Assembly: GCA_017960545.1 (NCBI GenBank)
Contig: JAGCYZ010000051.1
Location: 19,784-83,783, forward strand
Reading direction: 5' to 3'
Length of the DNA: 64,000 bases
DNA from: Bacteroidales bacterium
Lineage (GTDB): Bacteria > Bacteroidota > Bacteroidia > Bacteroidales > UBA932
Under the pieces are notes generated by a model, which had not been told where the DNA came from, searched no databases, and worked only from the letters and a program-made list of their open reading frames with translations. A program made the position numbers and the translations under genes. Positions 8,442-18,342 of the stretch are shown piece by piece. Position 1 is the first letter of the stretch, and every line of letters begins with the position of its first letter.

Positions 8442-9146
8442 ATGGAGAATTTGAAGAGCGCAATATTTGCGGCGGCGGATCCGGCCCAGGTGCCGGGACT
8501 GTCAAGGTTTTTCAAGACCGGGCCCGGAGAGTACGGCTTCGGCGACAAATTCCTGGGAATCAAGGTGCCGGTGACGCGCAGCATAGTGAAACGGTGCTGG
8601 CAAGGCACAAGCTTCCAGGAACTGGAAGAGTGCATTGCCAGCGAGTATCACGAGCTGCGGCTTGCCGCGCTGCTGGCGCTGGTCCAGATCTTCGCTCACG
8701 CGAAGAAGGACCCTGCGCTGCAGCGCCGCTGCATAGACTTCTACCTATCCCACACGGACCGCATAAACAACTGGGACCTGGTGGATCTGTCCTGCTACCC
8801 GCTCCTTGGTGAATGGCTCCTTGACAAGGACCGCACCCTGCTCTATGACTTTGCCCGAAACGGTAAAACCATCTGGGAGCAGCGCATCGGCATTGTCAGC
8901 ACTATGACATTTGTCCGCCACGGCCAGCTGGACGACACCTTTGCAATTGCCGACATCCTCCTTCACCACCCTCACGACCTCATCCAGAAGGCCGTGGGCT
9001 GGCTGCTCAGGGAAGCCGGAAAGCGGGACAAGGCGGCCTTGACGGCCTTCCTTGAGTCCCGCTTCCGTTCTATGCCCCGCACCGCCCTCCGCTACGCCAT
9101 AGAGCGTTTCCCGGAGGCCGAGCGCCAGGCCTACCTGAAAGGTTGA
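8442..9146 (+). CDS. DNA alkylation repair protein, AlkD family
   Basis: FFKTGPGEYG, NNWDLVD, WEQRIGIV, DLIQKAVGWLLRE, MPRTALRYAIE. Confidence 0.9.
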   Translation: MENLKSAIFAAADPAQVPGLSRFFKTGPGEYGFGDKFLGIKVPVTRSIVKRCWQGTSFQELEECIASEYHELRLAALLALVQIFAHAKKDPALQRRCIDFYLSHTDRINNWDLVDLSCYPLLGEWLLDKDRTLLYDFARNGKTIWEQRIGIVSTMTFVRHGQLDDTFAIADILLHHPHDLIQKAVGWLLREAGKRDKAALTAFLESRFRSMPRTALRYAIERFPEAERQAYLKG

Positions 9147-9149
9147 TAA

Positions 9150-10523
9150 CTACAAAGTGTCCTGCTTGAGGGATTCTACGTAGTGGTCTATGCGCTGGAG
9201 TTCGTTGGGGATCTGGATGCTCTGGGGGCAATGCGGCATACACTGGCGGCAGGCGATACAGTGGTCTGCCTGGCGGAGCGTAGGGATTGCCTTGTCATAG
9301 TTGCGCAGATACTCCTTGCGAAGCTTCCTGTAGTTGTCCTGTTCCCTGCTCTGAGGGTATTTCTCCTCCGTAACGCACTTGTTGTAGAATGCGAAGATCT
9401 CCGGAATGTTGATTCCGTAAGGGCAAGGCATACAGTACTTGCAGCCGGTACAGTTGATCATAGGGAACTCAGAGTACAGGACAGCCTGCTCGTTCATAAA
9501 CTCAAGCTCTTCTTCCGTCATAGGATGGAATCCGCGGAAAGTCTTGAGGTTGTCCTCAAGGTGCTCCATATATGTCATACCGCTGAGGGCGGTGAGCACG
9601 CGCGGATGGGATCCCACGAAACGGAATGCCCAGGACGGGATTGAGGCGTCCGGGTCACGCTCCTTGAACCTCTTTGCAACGTTCTCAGGAACGGTGGAAA
9701 GGCGTCCTCCAAGGAGCGGCTCCATAACGGTTATAGGGAGCTCGAGCTTGTCAAGCTGTTCGTACAGGTACTCCGCATTGGTGTTGCTGGCGTTTGCGTG
9801 ACGCCAGTCTATGTAGTTCATCTCAATCTGGACAAAATCCCAGTGATACTGGTCGTTCGTCTTGATGAGCTCGTCAAACTCGTCCTGCCTTCCGTGGAAG
9901 GAGAAGCCCATATTGCGAATGCGTCCGGCCTCGCGCTCCTTGAGCAGGAAGTCCATCATCCCGTTATCTACATAGCGCTGGCTGAAAGCCCTGTATCCAC
10001 CGCTTCCGATGCTGTGCATCAGGTAATAGTCAAAGTAATCCGTCTGCAGCTGGTCAAAGGAATCAAAGTACATTTCCTTTGATGCCTCCGGAGTGGCGTT
10101 GTTGAAGTTGGAAAGCTTGGTTGCAATGTAGTATGACTTGCGCGGATAGCGGCTGAGGGCTATACCGGCGGCCTTTTCGCTCTGTCCCTGGAGATATGCG
10201 GGTGAGGTGTCATAGTAGTTCACTCCCCCTTCCATAGCCCTGGATACCAAGGCGTTTACGGAATCCTGGTCAATTATCTGGCGGCCGGTGGATTCGTCCC
10301 GTTTCATCTGCCAGCGCATACAACCGTATCCAAGCAGGGAGACTTTGTCTCCGTTCCTGTTGTTGATGTGGTATTCCATTTCGCCGTCACCGGTCTGGTG
10401 GGCCGATGCGGTTACCACAGGGGCCTTGCCCTTGGGCGCGCAGGCGGCTGCTCCAACAGCCAGTGCGCCGGCTCCGGCCACCTTCATGAAATCTCTTCTG
10501 CTTATGTTTTTCTTGTCTTCCAT
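9150..10523 (-). CDS. Aldo/keto reductase with Tat signal and C-terminal 4Fe-4S dicluster
   Basis: SRRDFMK; LGYGCMR, DTSPAY; CTGCKYCMPCP and CIACRQCMPHCP. Confidence 0.9.
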   Translation of the reverse strand: MEDKKNISRRDFMKVAGAGALAVGAAACAPKGKAPVVTASAHQTGDGEMEYHINNRNGDKVSLLGYGCMRWQMKRDESTGRQIIDQDSVNALVSRAMEGGVNYYDTSPAYLQGQSEKAAGIALSRYPRKSYYIATKLSNFNNATPEASKEMYFDSFDQLQTDYFDYYLMHSIGSGGYRAFSQRYVDNGMMDFLLKEREAGRIRNMGFSFHGRQDEFDELIKTNDQYHWDFVQIEMNYIDWRHANASNTNAEYLYEQLDKLELPITVMEPLLGGRLSTVPENVAKRFKERDPDASIPSWAFRFVGSHPRVLTALSGMTYMEHLEDNLKTFRGFHPMTEEELEFMNEQAVLYSEFPMINCTGCKYCMPCPYGINIPEIFAFYNKCVTEEKYPQSREQDNYRKLRKEYLRNYDKAIPTLRQADHCIACRQCMPHCPQSIQIPNELQRIDHYVESLKQDTL

Positions 10524-10531
10524 TGCTCTTT

Positions 10532-12034
10532 CTAGTCTTTAATGTGTACCTGAAGTCCGTTTACGTGGATTGCGCTGAACGGGCGTGAAGGGCAGAGGTT
10601 CTCGCAGGCGCCGCAACCTATGCACTTGGCCTCGTCCACTGAAGGGATCATTGGAGAACGCCTGTCCTGAGGGTCTTTGCGTACCATCATTATGGCGCCT
10701 ACAGGGCAGTGGCGGGCGCAGTTTCCGCAGGTTACGCCGTCACGCTCCACAACGCAGAGGCTGCGGTCAACGGTGGCGGTACCAATGTGGAACTGGGTCT
10801 TCTCCTGGGGGGTGATGGGCTTGATTGCGCCCGCAGGACATACCTGCGAGCACTTGGTGCACTCTGGACGGCAATAGCCGTTCTCATAGCTCATAACCGG
10901 CTGCATGAAGTGCTCGAGGTCCGTGGAAGGACGCAGCACGTGGTTAGGGCAGTTGGCCACGCATAGCTGGCAGGCGGTGCAATGGCGATAGAAGTCCTTG
11001 ATGCTGTCAGACCCGAAAGGGGTCAGGGGGGCGGTGCGCTCCGGAGCCTGCTTGTCTATGATCTCCGCCAGACCGCCGTCAAGTTTCTTCTCCTGGGCGC
11101 CCAGCGTAGCGGCCGTCACGGCGATAGCCGAAGACGCTATGAACGCGCGGCGGCCCTCGTTGATGTCATCCTGAACCTTGTTAATGTCATCCTGAGACTT
11201 GTTAATGTCATCCTGAGGCTTGTTAATGTCATCCTGAGGCTTGCCGAAGGATCTAGATTCTTCGCTTTGCTCAGAATGACACTTGGCGGCCTTTCCCCAG
11301 GCCTTGCCGTAGGTGAGGGCACCGAACTTGCAGTTCTCGACGCAGTTGAAGCAGTCAACGCAGCGGCTGTAGTCAATCTTCTTGTTGGCTATGTCAATGC
11401 AGGAAGCCTTGCACTGCTTCTCGCAGGCGCGGCAGCCTTTGCACTTGTCAGCATCAATGATGGGGCGGAACATTGCGAAGCGGGAGAAGAAGCTGAGCGT
11501 CGTTCCCACAGGGCACACGGTGTTGCAATATGTGCGGCCGCCAATCCAGGCAAGGATTGTGACAACAAGGAAGGTAACTATAGCAATGATGATGGTTCCG
11601 GTGGAAGCCGGGGCTACAAGGGTGCGGAGCATCCTTCCGTAGGCGCTGTACGGTGCCAGAAGGGCTACGAACACCTGGATGCCGGCTATGAGGGCCACTA
11701 CAAAGAGAACCCAGATCCCATAGCGGAGCCATTTGATTTCTTTCTTATAGGAGAAACGCATCTTTTTGCCTTTGCGCTTGCCGCTGAGCCAGGACACGAT
11801 GTCCTGATATACGCCCATAGGGCATACGATTGAGCAGTAACAACGGCCGAACAGGAGGGCTACCAGCACAAGGAGTACTATCACGCCCACATTTACGGCC
11901 AGCACTGCAGGAAGGAACTGGAACTTTGGCATCCATCCGAACCATTTGGTCAATTCTCCGCTGATTCCAAGGAACAGCAGGGAAATTGCGATGAAAAAGA
12001 TGGCAGCCAAAGCTATACGGGATTTCTTTAGCAT
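10532..12034 (-). CDS. Membrane 4Fe-4S polyferredoxin (NapH/NapF-like), carrying a repeat insertion
   Basis: GRCYCSIVCP, multiple CxxCxxCxxxC motifs, transmembrane helices; linker contains CHSEQSEESRSFGKPQDD... Confidence 0.88.
   Translation of the reverse strand: MLKKSRIALAAIFFIAISLLFLGISGELTKWFGWMPKFQFLPAVLAVNVGVIVLLVLVALLFGRCYCSIVCPMGVYQDIVSWLSGKRKGKKMRFSYKKEIKWLRYGIWVLFVVALIAGIQVFVALLAPYSAYGRMLRTLVAPASTGTIIIAIVTFLVVTILAWIGGRTYCNTVCPVGTTLSFFSRFAMFRPIIDADKCKGCRACEKQCKASCIDIANKKIDYSRCVDCFNCVENCKFGALTYGKAWGKAAKCHSEQSEESRSFGKPQDDINKPQDDINKSQDDINKVQDDINEGRRAFIASSAIAVTAATLGAQEKKLDGGLAEIIDKQAPERTAPLTPFGSDSIKDFYRHCTACQLCVANCPNHVLRPSTDLEHFMQPVMSYENGYCRPECTKCSQVCPAGAIKPITPQEKTQFHIGTATVDRSLCVVERDGVTCGNCARHCPVGAIMMVRKDPQDRRSPMIPSVDEAKCIGCGACENLCPSRPFSAIHVNGLQVHIKD
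11164..11281. repeat. Intragenic palindromic element copy 1: 55-bp core plus three 21-bp tandem units
   Basis: Core 11227-11281 TGTCATCCTGAGGCTTGCCGAAGGATCTAGATTCTTCGCTTTGCTCAGAATGACA; unit TGTCATCCTGAGGCTTGTTAA. Confidence 0.92.
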
Positions 12035-12141
12035 TTTATATACAGGATTAGTTGTTAGTTTCTTGAAATACGCATAGTTAGCAATATGCTCAAATATAAT
12101 TATTTTTTAATAATCAGCAAAAGAGAGTATCTTTGTTTTGT

Positions 12142-13095
12142 ATGGATTTAAAGGAACTGGGAGAATTCGGCCTCATAGAGCGCATCAAGGAGGCGCTGGG
12201 GGGCCCTATGCCGGACGGAGTCCTTGGCATAGGGGACGACTGCGCCGTACTGCCGCAGGCCGGCGGGATGGAGACCCTGGTGAGCACCGATATGCTCCTG
12301 GAAGGCACCCACTTCCTCAGGGGCGACATCCCCGCCCGCCTGCTGGGCTGGAAGAGCGCCGCCGTGAACTTCAGCGACATAGCCGCGATGGGCGGCCGGC
12401 CCGTGGGGTCGTTCCTGTCGCTGGGCCTGCCTGCAGGCCTGGACAGCGACTGGATGGACGCCTTCCTGGCCGGCTACAAGGAGTGCTCGCAGTACTGCGG
12501 CGCTCCCCTGCTGGGCGGTGACACCACCACCTCGCAGGACGGCATAGCCATAAACGTCACCGTGGTGGGACAGTGCCAAAGCGGCCGGTCACGCCAGCGC
12601 AGCTTTGCCGTTCCCGGAGACCTGATCTGCGTGACCGGCCCGCTTGGCGACTCCGCCGCAGGCCTGCAGGTCATCCTACAGGGCGCACGCGGCTCGGAGG
12701 CGGCGGAGGCGCTGGTGCAGCGGCACTACAGGCCGGTGCCTCGCATCTGCGAGGGCCAGGCCCTGGCCGCCACCCCCGGCGTCCACGCAATGATGGACAT
12801 ATCGGACGGCGTCGCTTCGGATTTGCGGCATATCCTAAAGGCCTCGGACGTTGGCGCCGTGGTACGGACGGAGAAGCTGCCTCTTTCCGCCGGGATGCGC
12901 CAGGTGTGCGCCCGGCAGGGCTGGGACGCCACCACCCTGGCCCTCACCGGCGGCGAGGACTACGAACTCCTCTTCACAATGGCCCCCGGCACGGAGCCTC
13001 CAGTGGAGTACTATGCAATAGGTACCGTAACAGAAGAAAAAAACCTGGTCTGGGAAGGATCCAGCCAGGATTTTATAGGATTCAGGCATTTCTAG
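12142..13095 (+). CDS. thiL: Thiamine-monophosphate kinase
   Basis: GEFGLI, GIGDDCA, NFSDIAAMG, GGDT, MDISDG, GGEDYELLF; ATG 6 nt after TATCTTTG. Confidence 0.93.
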   Translation: MDLKELGEFGLIERIKEALGGPMPDGVLGIGDDCAVLPQAGGMETLVSTDMLLEGTHFLRGDIPARLLGWKSAAVNFSDIAAMGGRPVGSFLSLGLPAGLDSDWMDAFLAGYKECSQYCGAPLLGGDTTTSQDGIAINVTVVGQCQSGRSRQRSFAVPGDLICVTGPLGDSAAGLQVILQGARGSEAAEALVQRHYRPVPRICEGQALAATPGVHAMMDISDGVASDLRHILKASDVGAVVRTEKLPLSAGMRQVCARQGWDATTLALTGGEDYELLFTMAPGTEPPVEYYAIGTVTEEKNLVWEGSSQDFIGFRHF

Positions 13096-13111
13096 CCTGA
13101 TTGTCTTTCCC

Positions 13112-14983
13112 TTAATTTGAGATTGAAACGCCTCCCAGTATGGTAATGCCGGGCTCGGGGTATCCAAGCATTGTCTGGTAGTCCTTGTTCAGGAGGTTCA
13201 GTCCGCGTACGAACAGCTGCAGCCAGTCATTTACCTGATAGCTTACACGGGCCTTCAGATCTACGTAATTGCTCTTGACGGCATTGTCTCCGGTGGACAG
13301 ATACAGGTCCCTGATGGCCATCGCGCCCACGCTGGCGCCAAAGCGTCCGGGGGTCCAGTCGAGGCCGGCGTATGCCTTGTGTACAGGGGCTCCGGTATAG
13401 ATGGTGTCCATATGCAGATAGCTGTAGTTGGCGTTGAATGCCAGCGAAGGAGCAATGCGCCAGTCTGCGGCAAACTCTACGCCCTTGTTGGCAAAAGCGC
13501 CCACGTTGCGGTTTTGCGGACGTCCGTTCTCACGGACCACCTCGATGATATTGGTACCCTTGGTATAGAACACGCTCAGTTCGGTATTCAGAGCCCCGTC
13601 AAAGAAGTGGTTGCCCAGTGTGAGGTCATAGCTCCAGGCCTCCTCCGGAAGGAGCTCGGCATTGGCGGAAGCATACATATAGAGCTCGCGCATATTTGGC
13701 ATCCTGAAGCCCTTTGAGGCCGATGCCTTGATGGTGGTGTGTGAAGCCGGCATAAAGGATACGCCAAACTGGGGAATCCACTCTGCGCCATACGCGCTGT
13801 GGTAGTCGAAACGGATTCCGGCATTGAACATAAACTTGCCAATGGTCTGCTGGTCAAATACATACACAGCTTCCTCGTTCAGCCTTTTATGGTCAGCATA
13901 GATCTCGGTAACAGGGTTGCGGTACGCATTTCCTCCGTAGTAGATCACGTCCGTTCCAACGGTCAGGGAGTTTCCGGTAAAGATATTCACAATCTGATAG
14001 GCGGAAAGTCCGGCGGTGAAATCTGTTCCGTGGAACATATATAACTGGGGAGCATTGGCGGCGGTGTGGCCGTCGTTAATGGTGTGGTCTCCGTAGTTGA
14101 AATAGAGATCGACGTTACCGGAGGTTTTCTCATATTTGTTCTCCAGGGAAAGGGTTCCCATTCCGCGGATGATGTCGGACCAGGCGTCAAACATAGGAGC
14201 GTCAACGGTGCCGGGATTCTCTGAATAGGCGTTCATCAGGCTTACCCTTGCTCCGGCCTTCCAGGCATCGCTCAGCTGATATCCAAGGTTGACCATTCCG
14301 TTTGTGGAACGGAAAGCGGAGTTGTCCCTGTGTCCGTTGGTGCTGTCGTGGCCAACTGTAACGGAAGAGGTGAAACGGCCTTTCTTGTAATTGTCCGAGA
14401 AATTGATCCTGTATGTTCCGTAAGAGCCAATCATCTCCTTGAAATCCAGATGGTTGCCATCTGTTGTAGGCTTCAGGGTTATGATGTTGATGGCACCTCC
14501 CATAGCGTTTGAGCCGTAAAGCACAGAAGCGGCGCCCCTGGACACCTCAACCCTCTGGGCGCCGGTTGCCATATACTCGTCCGCAACCGGATGGCCGTAG
14601 ATGGATTCGAACTGCGGATGGCCGTCAATGAGGATGATCACGCGGCCGGCCCCGGCGGCGAAACCGCGGAGGGAGATGGCTCCGGCAGCTCCTCCGGAGA
14701 CGCCGTATCCGGTTACTCCGCGGGAGGTGACGAACAGGCCGGGAACCTGCTCCATTACGGAGGTCATAACCGCATTTTCATCGCTGAGGGCGATGGCTGC
14801 GCGTCCTACGATGGATACAGGTGCCGGGAGAGCGTCCCTGAGCACGGAGAGACGGGTCCCGGTAACGACGGAAGCCGCAAGGGTGTCTGTCCTTTCCTGT
14901 GTATCATTGTCAGCGTAGAGGCTGGCGGTTGAAACTGTAGCGGCTAAGAGTATGGCAGCCGCAAGCCTTAATTTGTTTGTCAT
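13112..14983 (-). CDS. TonB-dependent receptor (short, non-SusC type)
   Basis: Signal peptide, TonB-box-like DTLAASVVTG, plug motif VEVSRGAASVLYGSNAMGGAINI, beta-barrel C-terminus. Confidence 0.88.
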   Translation of the reverse strand: MTNKLRLAAAILLAATVSTASLYADNDTQERTDTLAASVVTGTRLSVLRDALPAPVSIVGRAAIALSDENAVMTSVMEQVPGLFVTSRGVTGYGVSGGAAGAISLRGFAAGAGRVIILIDGHPQFESIYGHPVADEYMATGAQRVEVSRGAASVLYGSNAMGGAINIITLKPTTDGNHLDFKEMIGSYGTYRINFSDNYKKGRFTSSVTVGHDSTNGHRDNSAFRSTNGMVNLGYQLSDAWKAGARVSLMNAYSENPGTVDAPMFDAWSDIIRGMGTLSLENKYEKTSGNVDLYFNYGDHTINDGHTAANAPQLYMFHGTDFTAGLSAYQIVNIFTGNSLTVGTDVIYYGGNAYRNPVTEIYADHKRLNEEAVYVFDQQTIGKFMFNAGIRFDYHSAYGAEWIPQFGVSFMPASHTTIKASASKGFRMPNMRELYMYASANAELLPEEAWSYDLTLGNHFFDGALNTELSVFYTKGTNIIEVVRENGRPQNRNVGAFANKGVEFAADWRIAPSLAFNANYSYLHMDTIYTGAPVHKAYAGLDWTPGRFGASVGAMAIRDLYLSTGDNAVKSNYVDLKARVSYQVNDWLQLFVRGLNLLNKDYQTMLGYPEPGITILGGVSISN

Positions 14984-14986
14984 TCC

Positions 14987-15006
14987 TTGTATGATTAATC
15001 ATACAA
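14987..15006. promoter_or_regulatory. Perfect 20-bp palindromic operator at the TonB-receptor promoter
   Basis: TTGTATGATTAATCATACAA; overlaps the minus-strand TATATTTG box and ends 3 nt before the ATG. Confidence 0.75.
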
Positions 15007-15162
15007 ATATACCCCGATAATGGCGCATTAACGGTTATTTTGCACATAAAGGCAAAAATGTATAATTAATTATTTGCCATAATAGTATGTTTTTCAAATA
15101 ATTAGAGGTAAATTCGCAGTTAGCGGCACTTTGACGTCAAACATCTAATTGTATTATTTATA

Positions 15163-16785
15163 ATGGCCAGGAAATCACGCCCGGACAGCATCTACAGGGT
15201 TTCTGTCCACAGGAACGGAGGACATACGTACGCAGCCACGCACCCATATACCATTGACAAGGATGGCAACAGGAAGTACCGCGTGGAGCATTGGGGAACG
15301 GTTACGGATGAGTTGCGGTTCATCCCGGGGAAGCGGTTCTTCCAGGCGCCGGAAGAGGTCAGGCGGAGCCTGATTTTTCCGGAAGGCTGGGACCTCTCCG
15401 CAATTGAAGGCAGCGCCGCGCACGCTCTCCCCTTCCGTGAAGGGGATGCGGGCAAGGCGTTCGGCGCCGTTTGGCTGCTGGAGCGCATCGGGGAGAAATT
15501 CGCGCTGAGGGAGGACTTGGAAGAGGCCTTCGGGCCTTTGGCCGATGACCTTCTGACGCTGGCCTACTTCCCTTTCCTGACAGGGTTGTCATTCCAGCGT
15601 TTCGGCAGGTGGCAGGAAGCCACAAAGGTCCCTTCAGAAAGGCCTCTGGAGGAGATGGTACAGTCGCTGGCTGCTGTCAGCCGGGCATCGGTACATAAGT
15701 TTATGGATCTGCGCAAGGAAAGGTACGCCAAAGAGAGGCTTTGTGCGGTGGATTCCGTGTTAAGGCATTCTATGGGCTCTCTGGTATCTGACCGCCGATG
15801 GGGGCAGAAGACGGAACGCATCCATTTCCACACCACGGTGCAGGCGGTTGCGTATTCGCTTGACAGCCATATTCCAGTGGCATGCTCTTCGTTTCCGGAA
15901 GCGGTTTCGGACGCAAGGGGCCTTGAGATATTCTGGTCCGAACTGGAAAAGACCGGGCTGGGAGGCATAGCGGTTGTGACTGACCGCGGGTACGACTCCC
16001 TGCAGGGACTGGAACCGTATTATGGCAAGGGACCGCTGGTGATGTGCGTGGACGTGAAGCAGCCGGCGGTGATGGAGCGCATTGAGGCCTTCGGCCGGTT
16101 CCGCTCCCACCCCGCCGGAATGCGCTACCACGCGGAATCACGCCGCTGGTACCGCCAGTACAAACTTGACGATAAAGGGCTCAGGCTCAATCTTTTCTTC
16201 AATCCGGAACGCCGTGCGGCGGAGCTGGCGCAGATAGATGCCGGCATAGCATCCCAGTTTGACGCCCTGAAGGAAATAAAGGAATACGGCGTTACCATAA
16301 GCGACAGGAAGAAACTCCGCCAGGATTTCTTCTTCTTCAATACGGTGTATGACAGGGAAAGGCAGACGGTTGTGGATTTCTCCCCGGACAAGAACAGGAT
16401 TGTAATATCCAGGGCGGCATCCGGTTTCTATGCCAACATCACTTCCGGACTGGACATTGGACCGCTGGAGGCAGTTTCCATCTACAGCCTGAAATATGAC
16501 CAGGAGAAATTCCTGCGCCAGTTCCTGTCCCTGATGGAGTTCCCCGTGAAGATGCCGGTGACGCACAGTCTCAGTTTTGGGATGCTGGTACTGCAGTACA
16601 TAGGCCTGTTGCTGAACACCTGGCTCAGGTACTCGTCAGGGAAAGCGCTTCCTTACCGCAAATATATGGAGATTCTGGACGACTTCCACACCATTCCCTG
16701 CACCAATTCCGGCAACGGTACCTGCGCCCCCGCCTCTTTCTCAGAATCTCATAAAACAGTCCTTTCAGCTTTAGGTCTGGGATAG
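15163..16785 (+). mobile_element. IS4-superfamily (IS1634-like) DDE transposase-derived gene
   Basis: 540 aa; AVDS, VVTDRGY, YSLKYDQEK (degenerate YREK motif); no terminal inverted repeats found. Confidence 0.7.
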
Positions 16786-16794
16786 CACTCTACG

Positions 16795-17715
16795 TCATTT
16801 CCGACCATAAAGGCGGGCCACGATGGCACCGCTGATGTTGTGCCAGACGCTGAAGACGGCACCGGGGATGGTTGCCATCGGGTAGGCGGCAAAGTGGAGT
16901 GTGGCCAGCGAAGAGGCAAGGCCGCTGTTCTGCATACCAACCTCCACGCTGATGGCACGACGCTTTGCCGGCGTCAGCTTGAGGAGATATCCTATCAGAT
17001 AGCCGATGGCAAGGCCGCAGACATTGTGGAGGATCACTACCAGGACAATGACAAGGCCTCCTGAAAGAAGCTTGTGGGCGTTGGCGGCGATGACTATCAT
17101 CACTATAAGGCAGATGGCCACTGAGGAGAGTGCAGGCAGATAGCTGGTGGCGCGGTCAGTGGCCTTGGGCCACAGGCGCTTCACCAACAGTCCCAGCGCG
17201 ATTGGCAGTATCACCACCCACAGTATGCTCAGGAGCATTCCCCACACGTTGACATCTACGGTCTCACCCGCAAAGAGCCATACCAGGAGCGGGGTCAGCA
17301 CCGGGGCCAGGAGGGTGGACGTGGCCGTCATCCCCACGGACAAGGCCAGGTCTCCCTTGGCCAGGTAGGTGATGACGTTGGATGCCGTGCCGCCCGGGCA
17401 GCATCCTACAAGGATGACGCCCACGGTCAGGGCATCGTCAAGTGAGAATATACGCGAAAGCGCGAAGGCCAGGAGCGGCATTACGGTGAACTGCGCCAGG
17501 CAGCCGATGAGTACGTCCCGCGGGCGGCTGAACACCACGCGGAAATCCTCCGCCCTGAGCGTCAGGCCCATCCCGAACATAATCACCCCGAGCAACGGAT
17601 TGATGAGCGTGGGCTTAAGCCGCCCTATCGCCTCCGGCCACAGCAGCGCCGACACCGCTGACAGCAGCACCAGCACTCCCAGATAATCCGATATCCATTT
17701 GCAAAGCCGTTTCAT
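16795..17715 (-). CDS. Bile acid:sodium symporter (BASS) family transporter
   Basis: MFGMGLTL, GCCPGGTASNV, EVGMQNSGLA, FSVWHNISG. Confidence 0.92.
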   Translation of the reverse strand: MKRLCKWISDYLGVLVLLSAVSALLWPEAIGRLKPTLINPLLGVIMFGMGLTLRAEDFRVVFSRPRDVLIGCLAQFTVMPLLAFALSRIFSLDDALTVGVILVGCCPGGTASNVITYLAKGDLALSVGMTATSTLLAPVLTPLLVWLFAGETVDVNVWGMLLSILWVVILPIALGLLVKRLWPKATDRATSYLPALSSVAICLIVMIVIAANAHKLLSGGLVIVLVVILHNVCGLAIGYLIGYLLKLTPAKRRAISVEVGMQNSGLASSLATLHFAAYPMATIPGAVFSVWHNISGAIVARLYGRK

Positions 17716-17794
17716 ATATGACCCTCTGATCTGTACAGGCAAAGGTAACCATAATCTTTTGCAGGTAGGCCGGTATTTAGATATATTTGCACGG

Positions 17795-18301
17795 ATGGAT
17801 TACGTTCAGCATTACGCTTCCCCGCTAGGCGGGATCACCCTCTCCAGCGACGGAGAGGCACTTACCGGCTTATGGTTCGATGGCCAGAAGCACTTTGGCT
17901 CCACCCTTTCAGCCGGATTCCAGGAGGCAGACCTGCCGGTCTTTGACCTGGCCCGCCAATGGCTGGACATCTATTTCAGCGGCCGGGAACCGGACTTCAC
18001 TCCCCCTCTGCACCTGATTGGGTCTCCTTTCCGCAAGGCAGTCTGGGATGTCCTCAGGACCATTCCATACGGCTGCACGGTGACCTATGGGGAAATTGCC
18101 GCACGGTTAAGCACCGGCTCCGCTACGGACTCCGGGCCGTCCTGCCGGACCCTGGCCCGTGCCGTCGGCTCCGCCGTCGGTCACAACCCCGTCTCCCTGA
18201 TCATACCCTGCCACCGTGTAGTGGGCGCCGGCGGCCGCCTGACCGGCTACGCCTCCGGCCTCCCCAACAAATCCTACCTCCTCAACCTCGAATCCCGCTA
18301 G
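17795..18301 (+). CDS. ogt: Methylated-DNA-protein-cysteine methyltransferase
   Basis: IPYG, YGEIA, NPVSLIIPCHRVVG active site. Confidence 0.92.
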   Translation: MDYVQHYASPLGGITLSSDGEALTGLWFDGQKHFGSTLSAGFQEADLPVFDLARQWLDIYFSGREPDFTPPLHLIGSPFRKAVWDVLRTIPYGCTVTYGEIAARLSTGSATDSGPSCRTLARAVGSAVGHNPVSLIIPCHRVVGAGGRLTGYASGLPNKSYLLNLESR

Positions 18302-18342
18302 CGCCGTTCCTACTGCCTCCCGGCCAGGTTATACCCCACGGA

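Noticed and set aside
14987-15006. NikR site
   Set aside because: Half-sites GTATGA/TCATAC match, but the spacing is 4 bp rather than the 16 bp of the E. coli NikR operator, so the regulator is left unassigned
18100-18165. Slightly extended loop in Ogt as another element insertion
   Set aside because: No similarity to either palindromic module and within ordinary length variation
8442-18301. AlkD + Ogt as an alkylation-repair island
   Set aside because: About 9 kb apart, separated by unrelated genes, with no shared operator seen
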